A stretch of 64,000 nucleotides of DNA from contig CATNEN010000011.1 of NCBI GenBank assembly GCA_950097015.1, positions 6,138,001 through 6,202,000 of the forward strand, given 5' to 3'. The translations under genes and the position numbers were made by a program. The stretch comes from Macrostomum hystrix. Lineage: Eukaryota > Animalia > Platyhelminthes. Position 1 is the stretch's first letter; the number at the start of each line of letters is the position of its first letter. Of the stretch, positions 33,426 to 45,289 are shown in pieces. The notes beneath the pieces were generated by a model. It was given only the letters and a program-made list of their open reading frames with translations. It had not been told where the DNA came from and searched no databases.

Positions 33426-34604
33426 TATTATACTCGTACATCGTCAAAAAATTATTAACTAAACACGTTCATGTACTGCTAAATTAAAATGTACTACTTT
33501 ACAAGTTATTACCTAATCAATGTATTATACTGTTTATTAATTAGAAATTTAATTCTCATTTACCAAATACGAATAATACCTAAGACACATTTTTTCTTCT
33601 GCAAAACTGCTTGTAAAAGATTAAAACAAAAAACTGTAAGTTTAAATTCAGAAACATTTTTGTTCATTATCGTGTTGCTTTAATTTGCTGCTTTAACGCA
33701 TACAAAAATAGGTTTCAAAATTATTTTTAAGTTACAGGAATGCTTGCCATACTTGTGTCATTCTTTTAAGCGATTGGAAGTTTCTTTAAAATGTAAAATT
33801 TTTGTCTATAGAAACGTTCAATATATTACATAAAATCGTCCGTGCAACCTTTTGTCTAAACAACAAAAACTATTACAAAACCTAGATTTAAACGCATAAA
33901 AATATTATATCTTATATTAAGGTATATCATTTATTTAGTACACTCCGCAATCAAGCTACTGTGGAATGATGGCGCCCCATTTGCGAAAATTTACGGATGA
34001 GAATCGTTTGCGTTTCAAAAAGCTAAAGGGAGAGTTGAGACAGGAGAGAGAGAAGAGACAGGGGAGAGATAAAATAGAGGTGAGATGTGACAGTGGAGAG
34101 ATTAGACGGGAGAGATATGACAGGGAAGAGATACAGGGAGAGATGTCACAGGGAAGAGATTAGATAGGGGAGAGATGAGACAGGGAAGAGATTAGACAGG
34201 GGAGAGATGAGACAGGGGAGAGATGAGACACTGAGTGATGAGACAAGGGAGACATGAGACAGAAGAGAGATGACACGGGAGAGACATGAGACAGGGAAGA
34301 GACTAGACAGGGGAGAGATTAGACACGGGAGAGATGAGACACGGGAGAGACATGAGGCAAAGGAGAGATGAGACACGGGAGAGATGACACGGGGGAGAGA
34401 CGAGACACGGGAGAGATGAGGCACGGGAGAGATGAGACACGGGAGAGATGAGACACGGGAGAGATGAGACACGGGAGAGATGAGACACGGGAGAGATGAG
34501 ACACGGGAGAGATCGGATCGCTTTCAGCACCAGATACGTTGGAATTTGATAAGCCGTTAAGTCTTAAGTCGCAGCGTTATGAAAGTGTCAGCTGACGAAA
34601 ATAA
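33108..34604 (+). repeat. 1.5-kb duplicated block, copy 1 (SINE B + AT-rich DNA + GA minisatellite)
   Basis: Near-identical to 37225-38774; both end at gctgacgaaaataa. Confidence 0.92.
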
Positions 34605-35863
34605 AAGTGCAGAAATTTTAGAACCCAGCAGCAGTTTGAAACTGTTAATGAAGGTGTGAAAAGCAAATATCTGTTCTTCATCTTTAGAAGAATTTGAATC
34701 GACCTATTCAATAGAACAGTAAATCCATTCTTTAAGAGCAGACGGCAGTAGCTTGCACCTGAAAATTGAAGCGCGACTTGCACTTACACCAATATGGCCT
34801 TGCGTGACGAGAGGCTCCTAAATATATTTTCGTCGGCGACAATATAGAGTAGAATACTTTATAGAAGAACCGTTGCAAACCACAGCATGCACATATAAAT
34901 GCACTTCCTACTAGACCATAATTGTACTTATACTTACCCGGTTGTCGAGCCGGGGTCTCAGAAATTACATGGAGAATCTACTGCATCGGAGACCATTTGA
35001 TGGCCAACTTACACGAGCTCACTGAGATTATGTAGACATCGAATTTGTTAGTTGATTCTGTTAATTTAACTTTTATCTCGCGAGGAACGTCTGGCCCTAA
35101 AAAATGATGTCTTGCTCAGAATCCATTAAAGATACAAGATATAATATACTATCTATGGGCATATTTAGTATCCACCGACAATTCAATTAGAATACTTTTT
35201 GGTAGCCACCTAATTCTTGTCTATTCTTAACCTGAATGAACTCGTTTGCTATCAGCTAGCAAATCAAGCTTCATGCATGCAGTGCAGCCCTTCTAATTAA
35301 GCGGGTGGGCCTGGGGAAACGAAAATAGGATTTTCTGGGCGTTTTTTTGGTCGCGGTCAATTCAATGCAGCCGCTAATGAGTTGTTGGTGCAGGTTTTAG
35401 TAAATAAACTAACTTTCTGCGCCTGACTGACGGACAGGCGCAGAATCTAACAGTTATCTAACATTTAAATTCGCACCTGCACAATCTAATGCTTTATCAA
35501 GAACTTAAAAGCATCTTCTTCTGAATAATTTCTGCAGTCCGTAACTACTGTAAGTAGAGACTATGTTGCATGTGTTTTTTCTTGCACAAATGACGTAAAA
35601 AAGGACTCCTAATTTTTTGGTTTTGATTGGCTTCACTAAGTGTACGCAGGTCATTTAGCCATTTAGCGTTTTGTACCTTTGATGTGAAATTCAGGGGCTG
35701 CACAAATTTGGGTAGATTTTCAGCATCAGCGAAAAACGATAAAAATTGAAAGCGCACTAGCATGTACAGCCCATGAGCATTTTTTCTGTAGAAATAGAAC
35801 TCAAAGATCCCCTTTAGGGCTATAAAATTTCTTCAGGTTCCAAGTCTTGCAAATGACGACGCG

Positions 35864-37137
35864 ATGCCAACGTGTCAGCGAGCTACTCGAGCTGGCAACC
35901 TAGCGACCATCGGGCTGCTCTCGATGCTCCTGCTGGTGTTCATCCTGCTGTCGACTGATCCGTGCCGAGATTTCTACAGCTTCGCCCGCGGCGGTTTTGA
36001 GAAGAGACTGTGAACACTCGAGTGAGTGAAGGCAACTCAATCGACGGATTGCTGTTCGAGCTGATGTACTTTGAGAACATGTCGCAGCCAGTCGATGCGA
36101 CAGTCAGCTAGATGTTGCAGGCAGTGAGGTATCTCTATGGTGGCCCTTCTAATTAAGTATATGCAAAACTATTCAAGCACGGAGGACTTCTTGGCCAGGT
36201 TGGTCGGTTCTGGTACATCTGGATTTCTGAGACTTGCTCAGTTATCCCGGCTTTTACAAGCTCACAGGAGAGCGGTGGATTCTGCAGAACTCCATGGAGT
36301 TTCATTTCGCTAAATCGATACAGATGAATTTGTGCGACAGAATCTTTCTCGTGAAATTGAGCCGCGAAATTGGAATGCGGTTCGCTTCTGGGGAAAAACT
36401 CAATGACATCCTCAACGAAATCTGAGTCCAATGCTGCGAATCAGAGAATGAGCATTCCGGAAATTCAATTCGTGAATTAGTGAAACAGTTGTGATTCACT
36501 TCCACTAGAGGCCATTGGGGTGTTCCTTGATCCAAACAAGGCCAGTGCATTTTGTAACGAACAGTTAAAGAAGATATTGATTTGCCCTGGCATTCTGCGT
36601 ACTAGCATCTACAACAAGGTCTATCCTCAGTCTGCTCTACGGTGGCATTCGCAGCGTGATAGGACACGAGATCGGGCATGCTTTTAATCCGAAATCGTCC
36701 GCGAATCAGCTGAGCAGAGCGTCTTGGTCAGCAGAGCCGGCTTGGACTCTCAATCCATGTCGGAGTTTCACAGACGAACGGAATGTCTGGTCCAAGCCTA
36801 CGACTCTCATCAAGCGGAATCTGGTCGGCTTGGATTCTTTGAATGGGGCCAGAACGGTCGCTGAAAACTTTGCGGACGTATTGGGTCGCGTCAGCTGCTG
36901 CCAGGTCAGTGGGCATCAGGCCTAACACCAGATCAGCTGTTCCTCATTCACGATTTGCAATTCTTGTGCACGAAGGCTCAAAAGTCAGCAGTGGAAGAGT
37001 TTGCGAAGGATCCAGACAACTATCACACACCTCCACAGCCTCGCGTGAATCGCGACAATGATGCACTCCCGGGACTTCGCCAGGGTGTTCAATTGTGAGC
37101 CGATCCCTCCAAATAAAATGTCCTTCCAAAAGTTAGT
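35864..37137 (+). pseudogene. Decayed M13 (neprilysin/ECE-like) peptidase
   Basis: TM segment + DPCRDFYSFARGG, then stops, frameshifts and deletions; later VIGHEIGHAF, ENFAD and HSRDFARVFNC remnants; colinear with 40403-42715 but ~1 kb shorter. Confidence 0.85.
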
Positions 37138-37224
37138 TTTACATAAATTCAGTGATTAATTTTGCAGCAATAAGTAGTTCTTGGTTCTGGTCTAAAAATA
37201 TATGCATGAGAATAAATGAGTAAA

Positions 37225-38774
37225 AGAGGTTGTAGCCTAGTGCGTCGGACTCACGACTTGAAGGGCGGGGGTTCGATTCCCGACTCCACTGGAACAATTT
37301 GTGTCCTTTAGCAAGACACTTAACTCTGCATTGCTTCAGTTCACCCAGCTGTTAAATGGGTACCAGCATCAGCTGGGATAATTGAAGGTGGGTGTGGCGT
37401 CCCCCCAGTCCGTGGACTGAACAGCTGTACGCAGCCTTCAGATGCGCCGCGCATTAGCTGCGGCTGTGCTGTCGGCTGCACATCTGACCCAATTGGGGCA
37501 GGTGTAATCAATTATATATTATTATTAATGATTATTATTATACTCGTACATCGTCAAAAAAATATTAACTAAACACGTTCATGTACTGCTAAATTAAAAT
37601 GTACTACTTTACAAGTTATTACCTAATCAATGTATTATACTGTTTATTCATTAGAAATTTAATTCTCATTTACCAAATACTAATAATACCTAAAACACAT
37701 TTTTTCTTCTGCAAAACTGCTTGTAAAAGTTTAAAACAAAAAACTGTAAGTTTAAATTCAGAAACATTTTTGTTCATTATCGTGTTGCTTTAATTTGCTG
37801 CTTTAACGCATACAAAAATAGGTTTCAAAATTATTTTTAAGTTACAGGAATGCTTGCCATACTTGTGTCATTCTTTTAAGCGATTGGAAGTTTCTTTAAA
37901 ATGTAAAATTTTTGTCTATAGAAACGTTCAATATACGAGCTATTACATAAAATCGTCCGTGCAACCTTTTCTCTAAACAACAAAAAACTATTACGAGTAT
38001 AAAAACTTAGATTTAAACGCATAAAAATATTATATCTTATATTAAGGTATATCATTTATTTAGTACACTCCGCAATCAAGCTACTGTGGAATTATGGCGC
38101 CCATTTACGAAAATTTACGGATGAGAATCGTTTGCGTTTCAAAAAGCTAAAGGGAGAGTTGAGACAGGAGAGAGAGAAGAGACAGGGGAGAGATAAAATA
38201 GAGGTGAGATGTGACAGTGGAGAGATTAGACGGGAGAGATATGACAGGGAAGAGATACAGGGAGAGATGTCACAGGGAAGAGATTAGATAGGGGAGAGAT
38301 GAGACAGGGAAGAGATTAGACAGGGGAGAGATGAGACAGGGGAGAGATGAGACACTGAGTGATGAGACAAGGGAGACATGAGACAGAAGAGAGATTACAC
38401 GGGAGAGACATGAGACAAAGGAGAGATGAGACAGGGAAGAGACTAGACAGGGGAGAGATTAGAAACGGGAGAGATGAGACACGGGAGAGATGACACGGGG
38501 GAGAGATGACACGGGGGAGAGATGACACGGGAGAGACATGAGACAAAGGAGAGATGAGACACGGGAGAGATGACACGGGGGAGAGACGAGACACGGGAGA
38601 GATGAGGCACGGGAGAGATGAGACACGGGAGAGACGAGACACGGGAGAGATGAGGCACGGGAGAGATGAGACACGGGAGAGATCGGATCGCTTTCAGCAC
38701 CAGATACGTTGGACTTTGATAAGCCGTTAAGTCTTAAGTCGCAGCGTTATGAAAGTGTCAGCTGACGAAAATAA
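37225..38774 (+). repeat. 1.5-kb duplicated block, copy 2 (starts with SINE B 37225-37535)
   Basis: Near-identical to 33108-34604 and followed directly by an extra SINE-B tail fragment (38775-38805). Confidence 0.92.
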
Positions 38775-39234
38775 TCTGACCCAATTGGGGCAGGCTTAAT
38801 CAATTAAAGAGAATAAACAAACCACTTAAAAATACTCGTGGAAGGAGACGAAACTCAAAATCTATGGAAATGCTTTGAAGGCTACTTTTGAATGATGTGT
38901 AGGTATTATATAATTTTGCCGTGTATTTGTGTGCAGTGAAATACATCAGCATAACCTACGCCTTAGTGTCTAAAGGCCTGCCCGGTGTTAAATTTCAAAG
39001 CCGGAAGGTGTAGTTTTGAGTTAGTCATTGACACCAGTCGCTGTATGGCACCGCGGAAAGCTTAGTGCTCAATTTAAAAGCCCGCTGTCATTTTCCGATT
39101 AAACTGATGTAGTCATTTGTAGTCATTTGGTCGGTTTGAAGGTTATTTCATCGTGCTTTAGGCAAACTAGAACTGGAACTATTACAAACTAGAAAGTTAG
39201 TGCTAGGTTAATTAGTATGTACAGTTCTACTATA

Positions 39235-39850
39235 CTCAGCAACAGCTAAAACCCCCCAACTCACGCTGTCACACGGGCACAAAAGTTAAGCAATGTCTTT
39301 AATTCTAGTCTCAGTATCGTGTGTAGGAACCACGAGCATGCAAAAGTGCCGTGACTCGTCGTGGCATCCTGATCACCAGCCGGTTGATGAACTCTTGGGG
39401 CAGCTGCTGCCAGGCATTCAGCACCGCCAGTCGCAACTGTTCAGCATTCTGTGGGGCATCCTGCTGAACTCTTCGCTTTACAAAGTCCCAGACATGCTCG
39501 ATGGGGTTCATGTCTGGAGACTTTGACGGCCAGTTCAATGTGTGAATGCCGAGCTGCTCCTTCAGCAGCTGCACATGTGCTGCTCGATGTGGCGCAGCGT
39601 TGTCGTCTTGAAGCATGCAGTTCTGCGGGCCGCCAAAGGTTGTCGTAGCAAATGGCAGAAACTGCTGCTGTAGCAGCTCTACATAGGTCTGCCCAGTTAC
39701 ACTCTGCTCCAGAATGACAAGCTCCTGTTTTGCCATTCAGTGCGATGCCAGCCCAGGCGTGCAGTGAAACACCTTTCTGAGTCACCGATGGCATACAAAA
39801 CTTTTGGGCCGTGTGACAGCGTGAGTTGGGGGGTTTTAGCTGTTGCTGTG
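39235..39850 (-). mobile_element. Internally deleted Tc1-family DNA transposon (DD34E), non-autonomous
   Basis: ~52-bp TIRs at 39235-39287 and 39799-39850; transposase C-half QDDNAAPH...WPSKSPDMNPIEHVW with 34 residues between D and E; frameshift near 39730. Confidence 0.92.
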
Positions 39851-40173
39851 CAGTTGTCTGTTTTATAGCAGTCTAGAATAAATAGCACACTAGCTGCTTT
39901 ACATTGGTCTATTTGCATTCTATTTTTGCCTAAAATCTAAACTCAGTATTAGGCTGCTTAACTCAGTCATTCAGAACCCGCGCTGCGTCATCGTTTAGTT
40001 TTTTTCTAAGATTGAGGATGTAGACAGAAGCTGGGTGAAAAAACCTACAGTACCTTTGAATAGAACTAAAAGTTATACGGCGGTAATAGTTATAAATAGC
40101 TCAAACCAAAGGTAATATACTCGCATATTTAAAGTTGTGCTGCTTATATTTTTTCTAACATTTCTCATTCAGA

Positions 40174-40200
40174 ATGGACGCTGAAACAGGCGAGGAAATG
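40174..40200 (+). CDS. M13 peptidase, 9-codon start exon (MDAETGEEM)
   Basis: ATG...ATG|gtaagt; phase 0 joins the ttttttctacag|GTG CAG acceptor at 40403. Confidence 0.7.
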
Positions 40201-40402
40201 GTAAGTTAGCATAACTTTAAAATCTAATTCTGCGTTTTTATTCAAAGAGCACGCGATGGTAGAGCGGTGCCTTATGCTGCATGTATAGAGTTAGTTGCGT
40301 CGACATCTAATTTTTACAGGGACCACTTAATACTCGTAAACACATGCTTGCACAGTTATAAGTATCGAATTTTAGGTTTTTTCCAACTCTTTTTTTCTAC
40401 AG

Positions 40403-42715
40403 GTGCAGATAAATGAGGAGCGTTGTGAAAATGCCAACAGGGCAGCCTCGCCGATGCTAGTTCCCCACGTCGTGCAGTCGCGCTCTCGGTGCAAATCTCC
40501 ACGGAGATTTCTAAACCATTTATCGACCGCGATTCTATGCGTACTTCTTTGCGTGTTCATCTTGCTGTATGCCCTTGCTCCACGAGTTTCTGTGGGCCGC
40601 TCGGAAACACACTCCGCAGGTTTGCAAGCGGTGCAGGAGCAGCAGAGCTTGATGTGCACCAATGCAGCGTGCGTCAGTGCCAGCGCATTGCTACAAACCA
40701 GCGTCGACCTCTCGGCGAGACCGTGCCAAGACTTTTTCAGCTTTGCTTGTGGCGGCTTTCAGAAGAACAACCCGTTTAGTGCCGAGACTGTGAACACTGT
40801 GATCAATAGGCACTCTCAGATTGAGACCAATCTGAACGGAAATGTTTTTGAGTTGTTGTACGACAAAAATCTGGCTAAGTCGAAGGATCCGGAATTAAAC
40901 GAAATGTTTCAGGCGGCCAGATTTCTCTACATGTCGTGCCTAAACTGGTATAATCCGCTTAGTGATTGGTCATCGAGACTAGAGCTCCTACCGAACAGTT
41001 GGGTAGCACCTGGAAAGAGCCTGGACATTAGGACACTGATCAGGCCCCTGCTTACATATATTGAAGGCTTCACTGATGTGGAAGATTTCGTTGCCCGGCT
41101 TGTTATAACAGGAACATCCGGACTTCTAGAATTGCAATCAGACCCGAAAATCCTCGTGGCAATGAGGCAAAAAAAAGTTTCCGTCCTGCCATTCGTTCCA
41201 TTGGATTTTCTGTCCCTAGGTAGCCAAAAGATCGAGCAGATAAGCGCAACCGTCGGCCTGAGCTTGACTGGACCCGCGAACCGGTTGGTTTCAGTTCAAG
41301 GCGAGATTATTTTAAGACAACTTTTGCTTGGCAAAAGAGACGTGACCCTGGCTCTATCTGCTGAGGAATTGGACCATGTCACATCTGAGACTCTGCATTT
41401 GATCGGCTTCAAATGGACGAAGTTCTTTGAGCGCCTTAATCAACTATCGAACTACAAGGTCAAGCCTACAACAAAAATTCTAATCACCAGGTATATAGCG
41501 CTAATTGGACTCCTGCAAAAGCTGGTGCCTGAAGTTCGTGCGAGAAGAGGAAGCTTCTATGACTTCATTCGATATCAAGCTGTTCTGTCCGTCATGAGAC
41601 TAGTATCCAGTGGATTGGGTTCCTCCTCCAGTGGCTCCTTGGCCAGCGTCTCTTCAACGTGCATGAAAAAAACAATGGCTGCCATGCCGACAGTTTTAGT
41701 TGAAATGTTTCGCTCTGCCTACACAAACGAAAGCTTCGACCGGGTGAAATCCTTGATAGAGGATATTAACAATGCCATGAAGGTGAATGTGAATGGGGAG
41801 ACGTGGATTTCGCCAGAAAGCAAGCGAAATATAAGCCAGCAGTTAAACGCACTTCACCAAATTGTGTTCTACCCTAAGTTTGAGAAGAACCACCTTACTA
41901 CTGCATATGGTAATCTATCTCGTCGAATTATCAAATCGACCAACTATGGGGAAGTGTTTTTGGCCTTCAAGGGTGCCGTCTTTCGGAACCAAATCTGGCT
42001 GCTAACAACCGAGAGACACTTAAGCGAGGCCATAGCAGTCTTCTTCGACCTCCAATCTGCCAACGCGTTGTACTTTAATGACTTAAACAGCATCTTCATT
42101 CAGCCAGGAATATTGCACACCTTCATGTATAACAAAGACTACCCGGATTACCTGCTGTACGGAGGCATCGGTAGTGTCATTGGTCACGAAATCGGGCACG
42201 CACTCAACTTCGTCCGCCGGCAACAGAACCCGAATGACACACTGACGCAGCCGAGGATAATTGACACCGCCACAGAGCAAGAATTTTTAAATCGAACCTT
42301 CTGTCTGATCGACTCATACGGCCTGATCGGCAAGTCACACAGCGGCAGCGTTCTAAATATTAGCGGCAGCAATTCTGTCTCTGAGAACTTTGCCGATGTC
42401 GTGGGAGTCAATGCTGCATTCCGAGCTTACAGAGCCAGTGTGAGCAGGTCTGGGAGGGAGCCGCAGCGTTTGCCGAGCCAGATGCTCTCAACACTGACTC
42501 CTGACCAGCTTTTCTTTGTCCAGGATGCTCAGTTCCACTGCTCCAAGAGCAATGAAAGATCTGCTTTCATGGCTTTCTTCCAGGGGAATCACTCGCCGCC
42601 CAGGTCTCGCGTCAACGGGAAGGCGATGCACTCGAGGGACTTTGCCAGAGTGTTCAACTGCAGGCCGGGTGATGCCATGTACTTGAACTCTGACAAGAAG
42701 TGTCACTTTTGGTAG
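40403..42715 (+). CDS. Neprilysin/ECE-like M13 zinc metallopeptidase, type II membrane protein (~779 aa)
   Basis: TM AILCVLLCVFILLYAL; CTNAAC, PCQDFFSFACGG, NALY, GHEIGH zinc motif, ENFAD, HSPPRSRVNG, terminal KCHFW. Confidence 0.95.
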   Translation: MQINEERCENANRAASPMLVPHVVQSRSRCKSPRRFLNHLSTAILCVLLCVFILLYALAPRVSVGRSETHSAGLQAVQEQQSLMCTNAACVSASALLQTSVDLSARPCQDFFSFACGGFQKNNPFSAETVNTVINRHSQIETNLNGNVFELLYDKNLAKSKDPELNEMFQAARFLYMSCLNWYNPLSDWSSRLELLPNSWVAPGKSLDIRTLIRPLLTYIEGFTDVEDFVARLVITGTSGLLELQSDPKILVAMRQKKVSVLPFVPLDFLSLGSQKIEQISATVGLSLTGPANRLVSVQGEIILRQLLLGKRDVTLALSAEELDHVTSETLHLIGFKWTKFFERLNQLSNYKVKPTTKILITRYIALIGLLQKLVPEVRARRGSFYDFIRYQAVLSVMRLVSSGLGSSSSGSLASVSSTCMKKTMAAMPTVLVEMFRSAYTNESFDRVKSLIEDINNAMKVNVNGETWISPESKRNISQQLNALHQIVFYPKFEKNHLTTAYGNLSRRIIKSTNYGEVFLAFKGAVFRNQIWLLTTERHLSEAIAVFFDLQSANALYFNDLNSIFIQPGILHTFMYNKDYPDYLLYGGIGSVIGHEIGHALNFVRRQQNPNDTLTQPRIIDTATEQEFLNRTFCLIDSYGLIGKSHSGSVLNISGSNSVSENFADVVGVNAAFRAYRASVSRSGREPQRLPSQMLSTLTPDQLFFVQDAQFHCSKSNERSAFMAFFQGNHSPPRSRVNGKAMHSRDFARVFNCRPGDAMYLNSDKKCHFW

Positions 42716-43989
42716 TTATGAGACATTATCTAACTTTACAAACGATACTTGATACTCAGTTAAAGGACAAAATTAACGAGCTTGGCTTGAGGAAACTCGA
42801 GAAATCGATATTTGTTTCGTATTTACTCACGTAGTTTAGTAGGAAAATATAGTTTTGCATGCACATTCTTTCTTTGACTTTTCTTTGAGTTTTACCGGCG
42901 TGGTCTTTTCAAACTTAAACGTGTAAACTGCAAGCAACTGCAAACTGCAACTGAGGTTTGTCAAAGTGTTACTGCCTACTAATGCAGTTGAACAAAAATT
43001 TTCCGAGACAATTAACAAGCCTAGTTTTTGTGCTAGTAAATAAACTATTGTCAGCGTACAGAACTTGATTAAAAACGACAAAGTAATGCATAAGTTTTCA
43101 AACTTTTTACTTAACAGTAGAAAGAATACGCTATTTTCCCTTAAAGGAAAGACCATAAGGGTATTTCAAATACCCACTGCCTACTTAATGGTAGATCCCC
43201 AACCAAATGACCGATTGTCATGAAAGTCCACCACATGAATCAACGTTTCCGCCCTTTACGATGAACAAACTTTCAAAGCTTTCGAGATATTCAGCGATAC
43301 TTGTCAAAGAACCTTGATGACAACAACTAACATTGCTCTGACATATTGTTTCAATAACCTGCATGAAGCATCGGCGGCGACCGTCGGGACCTTCAACAGA
43401 AGCAGCCGTCTGTGAGATGCCGATTGGAGTGTCTGGGATGCTGAGAACAAAGGTCCTGCGACTGATGGACATTATTCGTGGAGCCGACATGGTTCCATAC
43501 GAACTAATGAAATTGCGATTGGTTGAATATTTTAGGAGGTACAGAAAAAAAGAGAAATGTGAGCATTTGAAATGCCCCCAAAGTCCTTCTACTGTTACTA
43601 CAGGGCATGACTAGAAGGGACAAAACAGAAAACCCAAATTTTACGTGATTAAGATTTTTTAACTAAGAAAAAACACCAGACTCGAGTTGATAATTATTTT
43701 TGGCTTTTTATGAAAACAGTGTGAAAACGTTGACGCAAGTGGATAAAACGGCTTTATTGCGTGATGAAAAACTGCAGATGTTGCTACGTAGATGAGCTAG
43801 ATCACTGGGATAAGCAATGTTGAAAACGCAGTACTAGCACGAACTAGAGAAAACGCACACGCTGATATACTACTACTGAGTAGAGCGCATGAGACAAAGC
43901 CAGTGAAAATGAGGAAGAAAAGCTGGGAAATGTGAAACAATCAACGCAGAAGCAACTATTAGTGCAGAGGTTTGTGATCAAAAGTCTGC

Positions 43990-44784
43990 TCAGCTCTGCT
44001 TGGCCTCCTCAACTGGCTTCTCCATCTCCATGGGTACGTCCTTGAGCTGCGGCTTCTCCGGAGCCGGTGGCGCCTCGAACGGCGCCTCGATGCAGAGCCG
44101 GCCATCGGGACTGAGCTTGCTCACCAACTGGTCCATCTTGGTGCCCTGAGGCAGCTGGAAGATTCGCTCCAGCCGCTTGTGCAGCCGCTGACCGCCGGCC
44201 TCCTGCTTGTGCTCCGCCTCCACCAGCACGCAGTCGCCCTGCTGACGTACGCGAATCTCGCTCGGCTGGAACTCGCGCACCGACAGCTCGGCCTTGAACC
44301 GCTTGCTGCCATCCTCCGCCTGCACCACCTGGCCCGAGCCGTCCGACTGCAAGTCGCCCCGCAGCAGGTTGCGAAGCTCGTCCCACACCGACCCTCCCTG
44401 CTGCTGCTGCTGCACCTGCTGCTCCTTGAACGGCGCCCGCAGCACAAGCATGCCGTCTCGGGTGAAGCCGCTGTTCAGCTTCTCAGCGTCCACCTCCTCC
44501 GGCAGGTCCACCGTCCGCTTCACCTCCGTCACGTCCTCGCCATTCTCCAGCCGGGCCACCACTCGCACTTTCCGCTCCTCTCGCTTCACCGACACGTCTT
44601 TCGGCGAGAAGCCGAGAAGGTCCACAGTGCGGCTCCACTGGCGCGGCCTCCTCGGACCCCTGTGGCGCAGCAGCTGCACCAGCGGATCGTACTCCGGCGT
44701 CAGCCAGTCGTCCAGCTCGCTCAATGCAGCCACAAGCGGCAGCGAATGAGTGTAAGCAGTGCTCGGTGCGATCCACAGAGACAT
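43990..44784 (-). CDS. Small heat shock protein with two alpha-crystallin domains (p40/Tsp36-like), intronless, 264 aa
   Basis: VDLLGFSPKDVSVK...KRTVDLPEEVD...DGMLVLRAP and LSVREFQPSEIRV...ERIFQLPQG...SKLSPDGRLCIEAP; C-terminal VPM (IxI-like) motif. Confidence 0.93.
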   Translation of the reverse strand: MSLWIAPSTAYTHSLPLVAALSELDDWLTPEYDPLVQLLRHRGPRRPRQWSRTVDLLGFSPKDVSVKREERKVRVVARLENGEDVTEVKRTVDLPEEVDAEKLNSGFTRDGMLVLRAPFKEQQVQQQQQGGSVWDELRNLLRGDLQSDGSGQVVQAEDGSKRFKAELSVREFQPSEIRVRQQGDCVLVEAEHKQEAGGQRLHKRLERIFQLPQGTKMDQLVSKLSPDGRLCIEAPFEAPPAPEKPQLKDVPMEMEKPVEEAKQS

Positions 44785-44894
44785 GCTTCTCGAGTTTGCT
44801 TTGAAAGTCGTGGCTATTCGCTTGGCAGTTGCTATGCTCAGCTTGAGTTTGCTCTCTTGCTTGAGTCCTGACTGTTGGCTAGGGCAGCTGCCTC

Positions 44895-45043
44895 GCTTAT
44901 ATAGACTGCGCTGAGGAAGCTTCTAGAATTTCAGGCATTCCAGAAATTTCTAGAAACTCTCCTCAGTTTCCAAATTTAGCAAGCGAAAGGTTCATATTTC
45001 TACTATAAGTAGATGACGTGATCGTAGAATTCTAGAAATTTCT
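44895..45043 (-). promoter_or_regulatory. sHSP promoter: TATA box, three heat-shock elements and an ATF/CRE-like site
   Basis: CTATATAA (minus, 44897-44904); gGAAg-cTTCt-aGAAt (44915-44929); aTTCc-aGAAa-tTTCt-aGAAa (44937-44956); aTTCt-aGAAa-tTTCt (45029-45043); tgacgtga near 45014. Confidence 0.85.
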
Positions 45044-45289
45044 TCATTCTAGCTCATTTTGGCACGAAAACGCTACTGATATTGATGAATTAAACTTATC
45101 TATTCGTGATTCTGTTTCTGTAAAAAAGAAGACCCTTAAGTTCCGGGAAATACGGCACCTTAATTTTTACAATTGAAAAATGAAAATCTGTAGAATGATA
45201 CCAATAATATACAAACAAAAATAATTAAAAACCTAAAATAGAATGACTAGAAAATTAGGGAACAATGACCGAGAGCCTGTAAAAACCGC

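Noticed and set aside
39311-39794. Active transposase gene
   Set aside because: N-terminal half is missing and there is a frameshift; annotated as a defective element instead.
43218-43614. Short ORFs between the neprilysin and the sHSP
   Set aside because: No recognisable homology or splice structure; could be a decayed fragment but cannot be supported.
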